Below are positions 8,977 through 16,644 of a stretch of 28,321 bases of DNA, in pieces. The DNA comes from Dehalococcoidia bacterium (lineage in GTDB: Bacteria > Chloroflexota > Dehalococcoidia > UBA2979), in NCBI GenBank assembly GCA_964291495.2, contig OZ219873.1:1-28321 (forward strand), in the 5' to 3' direction. Every line of letters starts with the position of its first letter. Position 1 is the stretch's first letter. Below the pieces are notes generated by a model. It was given only the letters and a program-made list of their open reading frames with translations, searched no databases and had not been told where the DNA came from. The translations under genes and the position numbers were made by a program.

Positions 8977-9192
8977 GAGACCGTTGTGAAACTCCCACAA
9001 GCCAAATCCGGCTCCCTCTCCTTGGGGAGAGGGCGGGGGTGAGGGGGAGGACTCCCGCGCGCCCACGAGAGCCCCGATGGCGCAACGCAATTCCGGAGGG
9101 CGGACCCTCCCTCACCCTAACCCTCTCCCTCGGGGAGAGGGGACCGGAAGAGATGCGCTCGCTGCTCTGAGGGAGAGCTTCGCAATAGTCTC
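8977..9192. mobile_element. Non-autonomous MITE (216 bp) containing two inverted BoxC-like units
   Basis: Left end GAGACCGTTGTGAAACTC versus right-end reverse complement GAGACTATTGCGAAGCTC (14/18); flanking direct repeat TCGCA at 8972-8976 and 9193-9197; internal inverted units at 9014-9045 and 9109-9141; second copy at 20025-20209. Confidence 0.8.
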
Positions 9193-9200
9193 TCGCAGGG

Positions 9201-10241
9201 TCAGCCGAGGCGCGCCGCCGCGCGTGCCGCGGCGATGACCGCATCGATCTCGCGCACGAGCTCCGGCCGCCCCGCACCCGGCTCCGGGTCCGGCGTCGGT
9301 TCGTCGCCGAGCAGCAGCTCGCAGAGCGCCTGCGCGCAGCAGGCCAGCGCGTGCTCGTCGTAGCCGCCCTCGAGGACTGCGACCAGCCGGCCGTCACAGA
9401 GCCGCTCAGCTGCGTCGGCGATCAGCTTCGCTACCGCCGTGTAGCCCTCGGTCGAAACGGCGAGCGCGCCGAGCGGGTCGCGAGCGTGCGAGTCCCAGCC
9501 GCAGGAGACGAGCACCACCTCGGGCTCGAACGCCTCGAGGGCCGGGACGGCCACCCGTTCGTAGGCGGCAAGAAAGGCCCGATCGCCCGCGCCGTGCGGC
9601 AGCGGGATGTTGATCTTCGTGCCGGCGGCCTCGCCGCGCCCGTGCTCGGCGACAGCGCCCGTGCCCGGGTAGTACGGGTAGGCGTGCGTGCTCACGTAGA
9701 GCACGCGCGGGTCGGCGTCGAAGATCGCTTGCGTGCCGTTGCCGTGGTGCAGGTCCCAGTCGACGACCGCGACCCGTTCGACGCCCCTCGCGAGAGCGTC
9801 CGCGGCCGCGACGGCGACCTGGTTGTAGAGGCAGAAGCCCATCGAGCGCTCCCGCGTCGCGTGGTGCCCGGGCGGCCGGGCGGCGACGAAGGCGCTCCGC
9901 GCCGAACCATCGAGGACGGCGCCCGTCGCGGCGAGCGCCGCCCCGGCGGCTCGCCGGGCCGCCGCCGGCGAAGCCTCCCCGACGAAGGTGTCCGCGTCGA
10001 TCCAGCCACCGCCCGCTGCGTGGTGCGCCTCGATGGTGTCGAGCACCCGGCGGTCGTGGGCGGCCAGCAGCTCCTCGTCGCTCGCGTCACGGTCGGGCAG
10101 GCGCTCCATGCGCGCGAGCAGGCCGGTCGCCTCGAGGCGTTCGAGGATCGCGGCGAGCCGCGCCGGGCGCTCCGGGTGCGGGAATCCGCCGGGGGGCTGG
10201 TGGGAGAGGTAGATCGCGTCGGTGCTGAAGGCGACGGTCAC
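9201..10241 (-). CDS. Zn-dependent histone deacetylase-family amidohydrolase (AcuC/APAH-like)
   Basis: HPERPARL, RPPGHHA, GFCLYN, DWDLHHGNGT, YYPGTG, SCGWDSHARDPLG, LEGGY: all catalytic and metal-binding motifs present. Confidence 0.95.
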   Translation of the reverse strand: MTVAFSTDAIYLSHQPPGGFPHPERPARLAAILERLEATGLLARMERLPDRDASDEELLAAHDRRVLDTIEAHHAAGGGWIDADTFVGEASPAAARRAAGAALAATGAVLDGSARSAFVAARPPGHHATRERSMGFCLYNQVAVAAADALARGVERVAVVDWDLHHGNGTQAIFDADPRVLYVSTHAYPYYPGTGAVAEHGRGEAAGTKINIPLPHGAGDRAFLAAYERVAVPALEAFEPEVVLVSCGWDSHARDPLGALAVSTEGYTAVAKLIADAAERLCDGRLVAVLEGGYDEHALACCAQALCELLLGDEPTPDPEPGAGRPELVREIDAVIAAARAAARLG

Positions 10242-10849
10242 TGCGGATCGGCGTCGAATTCCTCGGCGTCGTCCGGCTGGTCCAGTTCGTCTGGCTGGTC
10301 CGCCACGTCCTCGGCGAACTCGTCGAGCTCGTCCGGTTCGTCGCTAAGCGGGAGGCGGATGGCGGCCGTCGGAAACTCGGGGTTGTTCGGGTTCTCGACC
10401 TGGTAGACATCGACCACGCCGCTATCCACCATCAGGTCCATCAGGGAGCGGAGTTCGCCCTGCCGGATCTCCCCGACCACCTGCGGGAGCAACTGGTCCC
10501 GGTAGTACTTCAACCCGACGAACGGCAGGCTCGACTCCAGCGACTCGATCTGGTCCCTGACGTCCTCACGATGGCGATTAAGCAACTCCTGCAGGTCCAA
10601 CCGCGGCTCCATGCGGCGCGGCGGCTCGTCGCGACCCCAGTCGCGCCGTGGCGGCTCGTCGCCCGCCCAGCCACGCCGTGGGGGCTCGTCGTCCGCCGGC
10701 ATGCGCCGAGGCGGCAAGTCGTCGGGATCGCCCCCGAGCCTCGCCAGCGCCTCGATCGCGTCTTCGAGCTGCGCGATGCGTGCGTCAAGGCGGTCGCGTT
10801 CCTCGAACGCTTCCACAAGCTCCTGACGGAGAGAGTCAAGCGAAACCAT
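10238..10849 (-). CDS. Hypothetical protein: N-terminal coiled coil, 4x10-aa repeat, C-terminal putative wHTH-like domain, acidic tail
   Basis: ATG with GGAG 8 nt upstream; GTGA overlap with the deacylase start; heptad pattern aa 4-38; globular segment LPFVGLKYYRD...VYQVENPNNPEFPTAAIRL. Confidence 0.85.
   Translation of the reverse strand: MVSLDSLRQELVEAFEERDRLDARIAQLEDAIEALARLGGDPDDLPPRRMPADDEPPRRGWAGDEPPRRDWGRDEPPRRMEPRLDLQELLNRHREDVRDQIESLESSLPFVGLKYYRDQLLPQVVGEIRQGELRSLMDLMVDSGVVDVYQVENPNNPEFPTAAIRLPLSDEPDELDEFAEDVADQPDELDQPDDAEEFDADPQ
10604..10723 (-). repeat. In-frame 30-bp tandem repeat, 4 copies (xDEPPRRxxx)
   Basis: DDLPPRRMPA / DDEPPRRGWA / GDEPPRRDWG / RDEPPRRMEP; GGCTCGTC recurs every 30 nt on the + strand in three of the units. 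Confidence 0.85.
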
Positions 10850-10890
10850 AGAGTCAACTCCAACGTTTATGTCGATTTTCTACTCCAGTC

Positions 10891-10919
10891 AGGCTGGCCT
10901 TTCGCCACCTGGATGTCAA
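10891..10919 (-). promoter_or_regulatory. Putative sigma70-type promoter for the hypothetical-deacylase operon
   Basis: Perfect TTGACA (10919-10914), 17-nt spacer, then CAGCCT (weak -10 retaining the conserved A and final T). Confidence 0.4.
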
Positions 10920-10951
10920 GGCCCACGGGCGATTCTGCGCGCGCGTGCCGC

Positions 10952-10957
10952 TAGACT
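10952..10957 (+). promoter_or_regulatory. -10 element of a putative leaderless selB transcript
   Basis: TAGACT exactly 6 nt before the ATG; no Shine-Dalgarno present. Confidence 0.6.
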
Positions 10958-10963
10958 CCGGCC

Positions 10964-12808
10964 ATGTACGTCATCGGCACCGCCGGCCACGTCGACCACG
11001 GAAAATCCGCCCTCGTGGAGGCCCTGACAGGGATCCATCCCGACCGCTTGCGCGAGGAGCGCGAGCGTGGCCTGACCATCGAGCTGGGCTTCGCCTGGAT
11101 GACGCTCCCGTCCGGTCGCGAGGTCTCGATCGTCGATGTGCCGGGGCACGTCCGTTTCGTCCGCCACATGCTCGCGGGCGTCGGCGCGATCGACCTCGCG
11201 CTGCTCGTCGTCGCAGCCGACGAGGGCGTGATGCCGCAGACGCGCGAGCACCTCGAGATCCTCGACCTGCTCGAGCTGCGGCGGGGCGTCGTCGCGCTCA
11301 CCAAGCTCGACCTCGTCGAGGAGGAGGAGTGGGCGGAGCTGGTCGAGGAGGAGCTGCGCGAGCTGCTCGCGGACACCTCGCTCGCCGGATCGCCGATCGT
11401 GCGCACGTCCGCGGTGAGCGGCGCAGGCCTGGACGAGTTGCGGGCCACCCTCGATGAGGCGCTGGCCGCAACCCCGGAGCCGCGCGACGTGGGCCGGCCG
11501 CGATTCGGCATCGACCGCGTATTCACGATGGCCGGCTTCGGCACGGTGGTGACCGGCACCCTGCTCGACGGACGGCTGCGCACGGGCGAGGCGGTCGAGG
11601 CGGTGCCCGGCGGCCCGGAGGCGCGGATCCGGGGCTTGCAGACGCACCAGCAGGCGATCGACGAGGCGCTGCCCGGCACACGCGTCGCCATCAACCTCGC
11701 GGGCGTCGGCACCGATCAACTGAGCCGTGGGCAGGTGCTGGCGCGGCCCGGCGAGCTGCGCCCGGCGACGACCATCGACGTGCGCGTGCGCGCCCTCGCG
11801 AGGCGCGCGCTGAGGCACAACCTCCGCGTGACCGTGCACCTCGGCGCCGCCGAGACGCAGGGCCGGCTGCGCATCCTCGGAGCCGACGAGGTGCCGCCAG
11901 GCGCCGAGGGCTGGTGCCAGATCCAGCTCGCGCCCGCCCTCGCCGCCTCGCCCGGCGACCTCTTCGTGCTGCGCGTCTCCGACCAGACGGTCGGCGGCGG
12001 ACGCGTGCTCGAGGTCAACACGGGACGCCGCCGCCGCACCGACCCGGCGATTGTCGACCGGCTGCGGCGCCTCGCCGAAGGGTCGCCCGAAGGCGAGACG
12101 CTGGCCGCACTGGAGGGCGTCGAACCGGCGACGCTCGCGCGACTCGCCGCCGTCGCAGACCTCGACGGCGACGCCATCGAGGCGGCGATCACGGCGCTGA
12201 CCGCCGCGGGCGACGCGGTCACGCTCGAGCACCCCGACGGGACGCCCCGCTACGTCAGCGCAGCCGGTCTCGAGCGGCTGCGCACGCGCATCGAGCGCGC
12301 ACTCGAAGACTACGAGCGCGCGCACCCGTTACGGCTGGCCATGCCAGCCGGGGAGCTGCGCGCCCGCGTGCGCCTGGAGCCGGACGCACTGACGGCGCTG
12401 CTCGGCGCGCTCAACCCGCAGATCGAGGCGCGCGGGGCGGGGGTCGCGCGTGCGAGCTGGTCGCCGCGGCCGACGGCGGCGCAGCGCCGCGTGGCGGACG
12501 AGGCGATCGCCGCCCTCGGCGCCGCGGGCCTCAGCCCGCCCCGCCTCGACCTCGATCCCGAGCTGCTCGGGTACCTCGGCGCCACCGGCCGGCTCGTCGA
12601 CTGTGGCGACGGCGTCGTCTTCACGGCGGAGCGCTTCGCCGAGGCGCGCGAAGCGATCGTTGGGCTGATCGCGAGTGACGGCAGCGTGACGCTGGCGGGG
12701 GCGCGCGACGCCCTCGGCACCAACCGGCGCACCGCGCAGGCACTGCTCGAACGCCTCGACCGCGACGGCGTGACGACGCGGCGAGGTGACGAGCGGGTGC
12801 TGCCTTAG
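10964..12808 (+). CDS. selB: Selenocysteine-specific elongation factor SelB
   Basis: VIGTAGHVDHGKSALVEALTG, DRLREERERGLTIELGFA, DVPGH, TKLD, DRVFTMAGFGTVVTGT, C-terminal winged helix ending LLERLDRDGVTTRRGDER. Confidence 0.96.
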   Translation: MYVIGTAGHVDHGKSALVEALTGIHPDRLREERERGLTIELGFAWMTLPSGREVSIVDVPGHVRFVRHMLAGVGAIDLALLVVAADEGVMPQTREHLEILDLLELRRGVVALTKLDLVEEEEWAELVEEELRELLADTSLAGSPIVRTSAVSGAGLDELRATLDEALAATPEPRDVGRPRFGIDRVFTMAGFGTVVTGTLLDGRLRTGEAVEAVPGGPEARIRGLQTHQQAIDEALPGTRVAINLAGVGTDQLSRGQVLARPGELRPATTIDVRVRALARRALRHNLRVTVHLGAAETQGRLRILGADEVPPGAEGWCQIQLAPALAASPGDLFVLRVSDQTVGGGRVLEVNTGRRRRTDPAIVDRLRRLAEGSPEGETLAALEGVEPATLARLAAVADLDGDAIEAAITALTAAGDAVTLEHPDGTPRYVSAAGLERLRTRIERALEDYERAHPLRLAMPAGELRARVRLEPDALTALLGALNPQIEARGAGVARASWSPRPTAAQRRVADEAIAALGAAGLSPPRLDLDPELLGYLGATGRLVDCGDGVVFTAERFAEAREAIVGLIASDGSVTLAGARDALGTNRRTAQALLERLDRDGVTTRRGDERVLP

Positions 12809-12827
12809 TCGCGCGGCTTGATGGCTG

Positions 12828-14249
12828 CTACGAGGTGGAGCCGGCGCCCCGTCGCCTGAGGCGGGCGAGCAGCCGTCCGAGGTCGCCCTCCTCCCACGCC
12901 ACCAGCACCTGCGCTGCGATCGCGATGCTCGAGTAGGCGCCGGCGATCACGCCGACGAGCAGCACCAGCAGGAAGGCCTCGATCGTCGATCCGCCCAGCC
13001 AGAGCAGCGCGAGGATCGTGAACAGCAGCGTGATCGAGGTGTTCAGCGAGCGCCCGAGCGTCTGCACCAGCGCCGCGTTGACGTTCTCGGCAAGCGGCGC
13101 CGTCGGCGCGCGCTGCACGTTCTCGCGCACCCGGTCGAAGATCACGATCGTGTCGTGCACGGAGAAGCCGATGATCGTCAGCAGTCCCGTCACGAACATC
13201 AGGTTGATCTCGATCCCGAAGAGCTTCCCGAACAGCGAGAAGGCGCCGAGCACGATCGCCACGTCGTGCACCAGCGCGATGATCGCGGCCATCGCGTAGC
13301 GGAACGGGTGCGGCATGCTGGAGAACGCGAACACGATGTAGCCCATGATGAACAGCGAGGCGATCACGACCGCCACCGCCGCGTTGCGCACCGCCTGCTT
13401 CGACACCACTGCCGAAACCGAGGCGAACTCCAGCACCTCGAAGGACCCGAAGCGCTTCCCCAGTTCGTCCTCGATCACGCCTCGCTCGCCGAGTTCCTCG
13501 GCGCTCAGTTCCGGCTCGCTCGTGGCGCCCGCATCGAGGGGGCGGGTGTCGGCGGGGGCGATGAAGCCGGTCAGGACCGCGCCGTCGTCGCCGTCCACCT
13601 GGACGCGGTAGGCGAGCAACTCGGCCTCCGGCTCTTCGCCCTCCTCGGCGGCGCCGTCGGCATCGTCGCCCTCCGCGCCCTCGGTGTCGCCGTCCTCGCC
13701 GTCACCGGCGGCGTCCCCGCTTGCCGCGTCGTCGCTCTCGCCCTCGCCGTCCTCGGCCGGCTGCTCGCAGCCGCGCACCTCCTCGAGGATGCGCGCCTCC
13801 GCGCCTGCGGGGACGCTCGCGATCTCGTCGCCGAAGTCGCAGGCCTCGCCGAACCGGAAGACACGCAGCGCGATTTCGCCCTCGGCGCCCTCGCCCCCGA
13901 GCAGCACCGAGCCGAAGCCCGGGTCTTCGGGTTCGACCGCGCCCGCGTCCGGGGCGACCTCGATCAGCGCGGTGTCGGGCACGTCCAGCTTGCTCGTGCG
14001 GATCAGGTACTCGTTCGGGCCCGTGGACTGGATCCGCGCCTCGGGATGACCGAGGTCGGCGTAGGCCGAGCGGAGCGCGGCCTGGTCCACGCCGCGCTCG
14101 AAGCGCAGCAGCGTCGTCGTGCCCGAGGTGAACTCGATGCCCGGCCGCAGCGTCGGCGGAATCGCCAGCAGCACCAGCGCGATCGCGACCACCGCCCCGC
14201 TGAGCGCGAAGAAGCGCCGGCGCGTCGAAACGAGGTCGAGCGTCCTCAC
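12828..14249 (-). CDS. secF: Protein translocase subunit SecF with large extracytoplasmic insertion
   Basis: GIEFTSGT, IIALVHDV, GFSVHDTIVIFDRVREN, QTLGRSLNTSIT, GAYSSIAIA; GTGA overlap with secD; 473 aa versus roughly 300 for typical SecF. Confidence 0.95.
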   Translation of the reverse strand: MRTLDLVSTRRRFFALSGAVVAIALVLLAIPPTLRPGIEFTSGTTTLLRFERGVDQAALRSAYADLGHPEARIQSTGPNEYLIRTSKLDVPDTALIEVAPDAGAVEPEDPGFGSVLLGGEGAEGEIALRVFRFGEACDFGDEIASVPAGAEARILEEVRGCEQPAEDGEGESDDAASGDAAGDGEDGDTEGAEGDDADGAAEEGEEPEAELLAYRVQVDGDDGAVLTGFIAPADTRPLDAGATSEPELSAEELGERGVIEDELGKRFGSFEVLEFASVSAVVSKQAVRNAAVAVVIASLFIMGYIVFAFSSMPHPFRYAMAAIIALVHDVAIVLGAFSLFGKLFGIEINLMFVTGLLTIIGFSVHDTIVIFDRVRENVQRAPTAPLAENVNAALVQTLGRSLNTSITLLFTILALLWLGGSTIEAFLLVLLVGVIAGAYSSIAIAAQVLVAWEEGDLGRLLARLRRRGAGSTS

Positions 14250-15673
14250 GCCTCACCGCCCATCGAGGCGGCCTCGGAGGAGCCGGGTTCGGTCTGGATG
14301 CCGGGCCCGAGCAGGTCCGGATTGCGTGCGATGCGGGTGCCGACGAGCACCTTGAGCAGGCTGCGCGTGACGGTGATCGCCGAGAACATCGAGACCAGCA
14401 CGCCGATCGCCAGCGTGACCGCGAAGCCCTGCACCAACGGCGCGTCGAAGGCCCCGAAGCCCGGTAGCTCGATGCCCCCGCCCAGCGCGAAGAGGATGCC
14501 GCAGGTGATAAGCGTCGTGATGTTGGAGTCGCGGATCGAGGACCAGGCGCGGGCGAAGCCGGCGTCGAGGGCGGTGTGGAAGGCGCGGCCGGAGCGCAGT
14601 TCCTCCTTCATACGCTCGAAGATCAGGATGTTCGCGTCCACCGCCATACCCACGGACAGGACGAACGCGGCGATACCGGACAGCGTCAGCGTGACCGGGA
14701 TCAGCTTGAAGATCGCCAGCGTCACCAGCGTGTAGACGACCAGCGCGATCGAGGCGAGGATGCCCGGCACCCGGTAGTACAGCACCATGAACAGCATCAC
14801 GATCAGCAGGCCGATCTCGCCCGCCAGCACGGAGCGGCGCACGGAGTCCTCGCCGAGCGTCGCGTCCACCTCCTGCTCCTGCAGGACGGTGAGCTGCACC
14901 GGCAGTGCACCGGAGTTGAGCTGGATCACCAGCTCGGTGGCGCGCTCGAAGGTCAGGCCGCTGATCGTGCCGTTGTCGATGATGACGCCCTGCACGGTGG
15001 GCGCGGACAGCAGCTCGTTGTCGAGGAAGATCGCGAGCGGCTGGCCGAGCAGGCGACGCGTGATCTGCTCGGAGAGGGTCGCGCCCTCGGCGGTCCACTC
15101 AAACTGGACGAGCGGGTTGCCGAGCGGGTCCGAACCGACGAAGGCGTTCGCCCTGAGGAAGCGCCCGGTCAGCGCCACCGACTCGCCATCGAGGACGGCC
15201 AGGGACTGCACCCACTGCCCGTCGTCGCCGCAGGGCGCGCCTCCGCCGAGTCCCGTGGGCGCCTCGCAGAATTGGAGCAGCGCCGTGCGTCCGAGCAGCT
15301 GGCGCGCCTCGTCCGGCGCGAGGCCGGGGATCTGGATCGTGATGCTGTCAACGCCCTGGCGCGTGACCTCCGCCTCCGAGAGCCCGGCCGCGTTGACGCG
15401 ACGCTCGAGGACACCCACGGAGCCCTCGAGGGCGTCGTCGAGGTCGCCTTCGGCGCCCTCGGGCAGGCTGCCCTGCAGCAGCAGCCGCGTGCCGCCCTGG
15501 AGATCGAGGCCGAGGCGCATCGTGTCGCGCTCGAAGCCGCCGATGCTCACGCCCTGCCCCTCCGGCCAGGGCACGGAGCCGGGCAACCACTTGCCCGGCT
15601 CGGACGGCCAGATCGTGTAGATCGAGGCGATCGTCAGCAGCAGCACGCCGAGCAGCGGCAGCCAGCGCCTCAT
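14246..15673 (-). CDS. secD: Protein translocase subunit SecD
   Basis: LGLDLQGG, RRVNAAGLSE, AIFLDNELLSAPTVQ, LNSGALP, GMAVDANILIFERMKEE, DSNITTLI. Confidence 0.96.
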   Translation of the reverse strand: MRRWLPLLGVLLLTIASIYTIWPSEPGKWLPGSVPWPEGQGVSIGGFERDTMRLGLDLQGGTRLLLQGSLPEGAEGDLDDALEGSVGVLERRVNAAGLSEAEVTRQGVDSITIQIPGLAPDEARQLLGRTALLQFCEAPTGLGGGAPCGDDGQWVQSLAVLDGESVALTGRFLRANAFVGSDPLGNPLVQFEWTAEGATLSEQITRRLLGQPLAIFLDNELLSAPTVQGVIIDNGTISGLTFERATELVIQLNSGALPVQLTVLQEQEVDATLGEDSVRRSVLAGEIGLLIVMLFMVLYYRVPGILASIALVVYTLVTLAIFKLIPVTLTLSGIAAFVLSVGMAVDANILIFERMKEELRSGRAFHTALDAGFARAWSSIRDSNITTLITCGILFALGGGIELPGFGAFDAPLVQGFAVTLAIGVLVSMFSAITVTRSLLKVLVGTRIARNPDLLGPGIQTEPGSSEAASMGGEA

Positions 15674-15997
15674 CTAGCGTGTGTCCGTCTCATCGACGGC
15701 GTCGACCGCGGCGTCAGGCTCCGCGTCCGAGGCCGAGGCGGTCACCACCTGGATCGCGTCGGCGGTGGCGCGCAGCTCCACGCCCGGCGCGACCTCGAGC
15801 AGGATCTCGAGCGGACCGTCCTCGCGCGTGCGGATCGCGCGCACGGTGGCGTAGAAGCCGCCGCTGGTCAGCACCTCGTCGCCGACGGCGAGCTTGCTGA
15901 GGTCGCGCCGCCGGCGGCGCTGCTGATTGAGCACCGGGCGCAGCAGGATCAGGTAGAAGGCGACGACGACGAAGACGAGCGGCCACAGCAGTTCCAC
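15674..15997 (-). CDS. yajC: Preprotein translocase subunit YajC
   Basis: N-terminal TM (FYLILLRP), basic stretch, LAVGDEVLTSGG, EVAPGV; directly upstream of secD; GGAGG RBS. Confidence 0.92.
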   Translation of the reverse strand: MELLWPLVFVVVAFYLILLRPVLNQQRRRRRDLSKLAVGDEVLTSGGFYATVRAIRTREDGPLEILLEVAPGVELRATADAIQVVTASASDAEPDAAVDAVDETDTR

Positions 15998-16009
15998 GCC
16001 CGCCCCCTC

Positions 16010-16540
16010 CTAGCTCGCGCCCGCTGCCGGCCCGGCATCCGCGGCCTCTGCGGGAACCCAGCTGTCGCCTTCGAGCTTCATCAGGTCGTCCATACTGTCG
16101 AGGCGGTCGACGTAGAGGATGCCGTTGACATGGTCCACCTCGTGCTCGAGCGCCTGCGCGAGCAAGTTGTCCTCGGCGCGGATTCGCACCTCGCGGCCAT
16201 CGAGGTCCATCGCCTTCACGACCACGCGCTCCGAGCGGGTCAGCGCGCCGCGGTAGCCGGGCACGGAGAGGCAGCCTTCGCCCTCCATGCGGCGCTCGCC
16301 GGAGCGCTTCACGACGACCGGGTTGAGCAGCGCGAACGGCTCCTCGTCCGGCATGCCGATCACCACGACCCGCAGGCCGACGCCGATCTGCGGCGCCGCG
16401 AGGCCAACGCCCTGCGCGGCGACCATCGACTCGATCATGTCGTCGACGAGCCGGCGAATCGAATCGTCGGGACGGCGCACCTTCTTCGCCTGGCGGCGCA
16501 GGACGGGGTCGCCGAGGTAGCGGATCGGTCGGACGGTCAG
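16010..16540 (-). CDS. def: Peptide deformylase (probable CTG start at 16540; upstream ATG at 16615 is an alternative)
   Basis: GVGLAAPQIG, EGCLS, HEVDHVNG motifs; (M)TVRPIRYLGDPVLR matches the usual N-terminus; GGGAG 6 nt before the CTG. Confidence 0.93.
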   Translation of the reverse strand: MTVRPIRYLGDPVLRRQAKKVRRPDDSIRRLVDDMIESMVAAQGVGLAAPQIGVGLRVVVIGMPDEEPFALLNPVVVKRSGERRMEGEGCLSVPGYRGALTRSERVVVKAMDLDGREVRIRAEDNLLAQALEHEVDHVNGILYVDRLDSMDDLMKLEGDSWVPAEAADAGPAAGAS

Positions 16541-16600
16541 GGTGCGCTCCCGCTGCGGCGTCGCTGGCTGGGCGCGCGGCGCCACGCGCCGGGCGCGTCG

Positions 16601-16606
16601 AGTGTA
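16601..16606 (-). promoter_or_regulatory. Putative -10 element (TACACT) for def-yajC-secD-secF
   Basis: TAnnnT hexamer in the priA-def gap, of the same class as other -10 candidates in the window. Confidence 0.4.
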
Positions 16607-16644
16607 GCCCACCATGTGCGCAGCGTCCGCGTCGCCTCGCCGCG

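Noticed and set aside
9170-9203. Possible selenocysteine readthrough at UGA stops, given selB nearby (deacylase, small ORF, ftsL-like, mraY)
   Set aside because: Each protein appears complete at its UGA, none sits at a Cys-equivalent position, and the hairpins after the deacylase stop belong to the MITE.
6797-9397. Long alternative-frame ORFs (e.g. 6797-9397, 3736-5499, 14576-16870, 16750-18513, 17588-19417)
   Set aside because: They overlap well-supported genes, have no motifs, and are expected in high-GC DNA where stop codons are rare.
10604-10723. 30-bp periodic repeat as a mini CRISPR array
   Set aside because: The units are contiguous, in frame within a CDS, lack unique spacers, and no cas genes are present.
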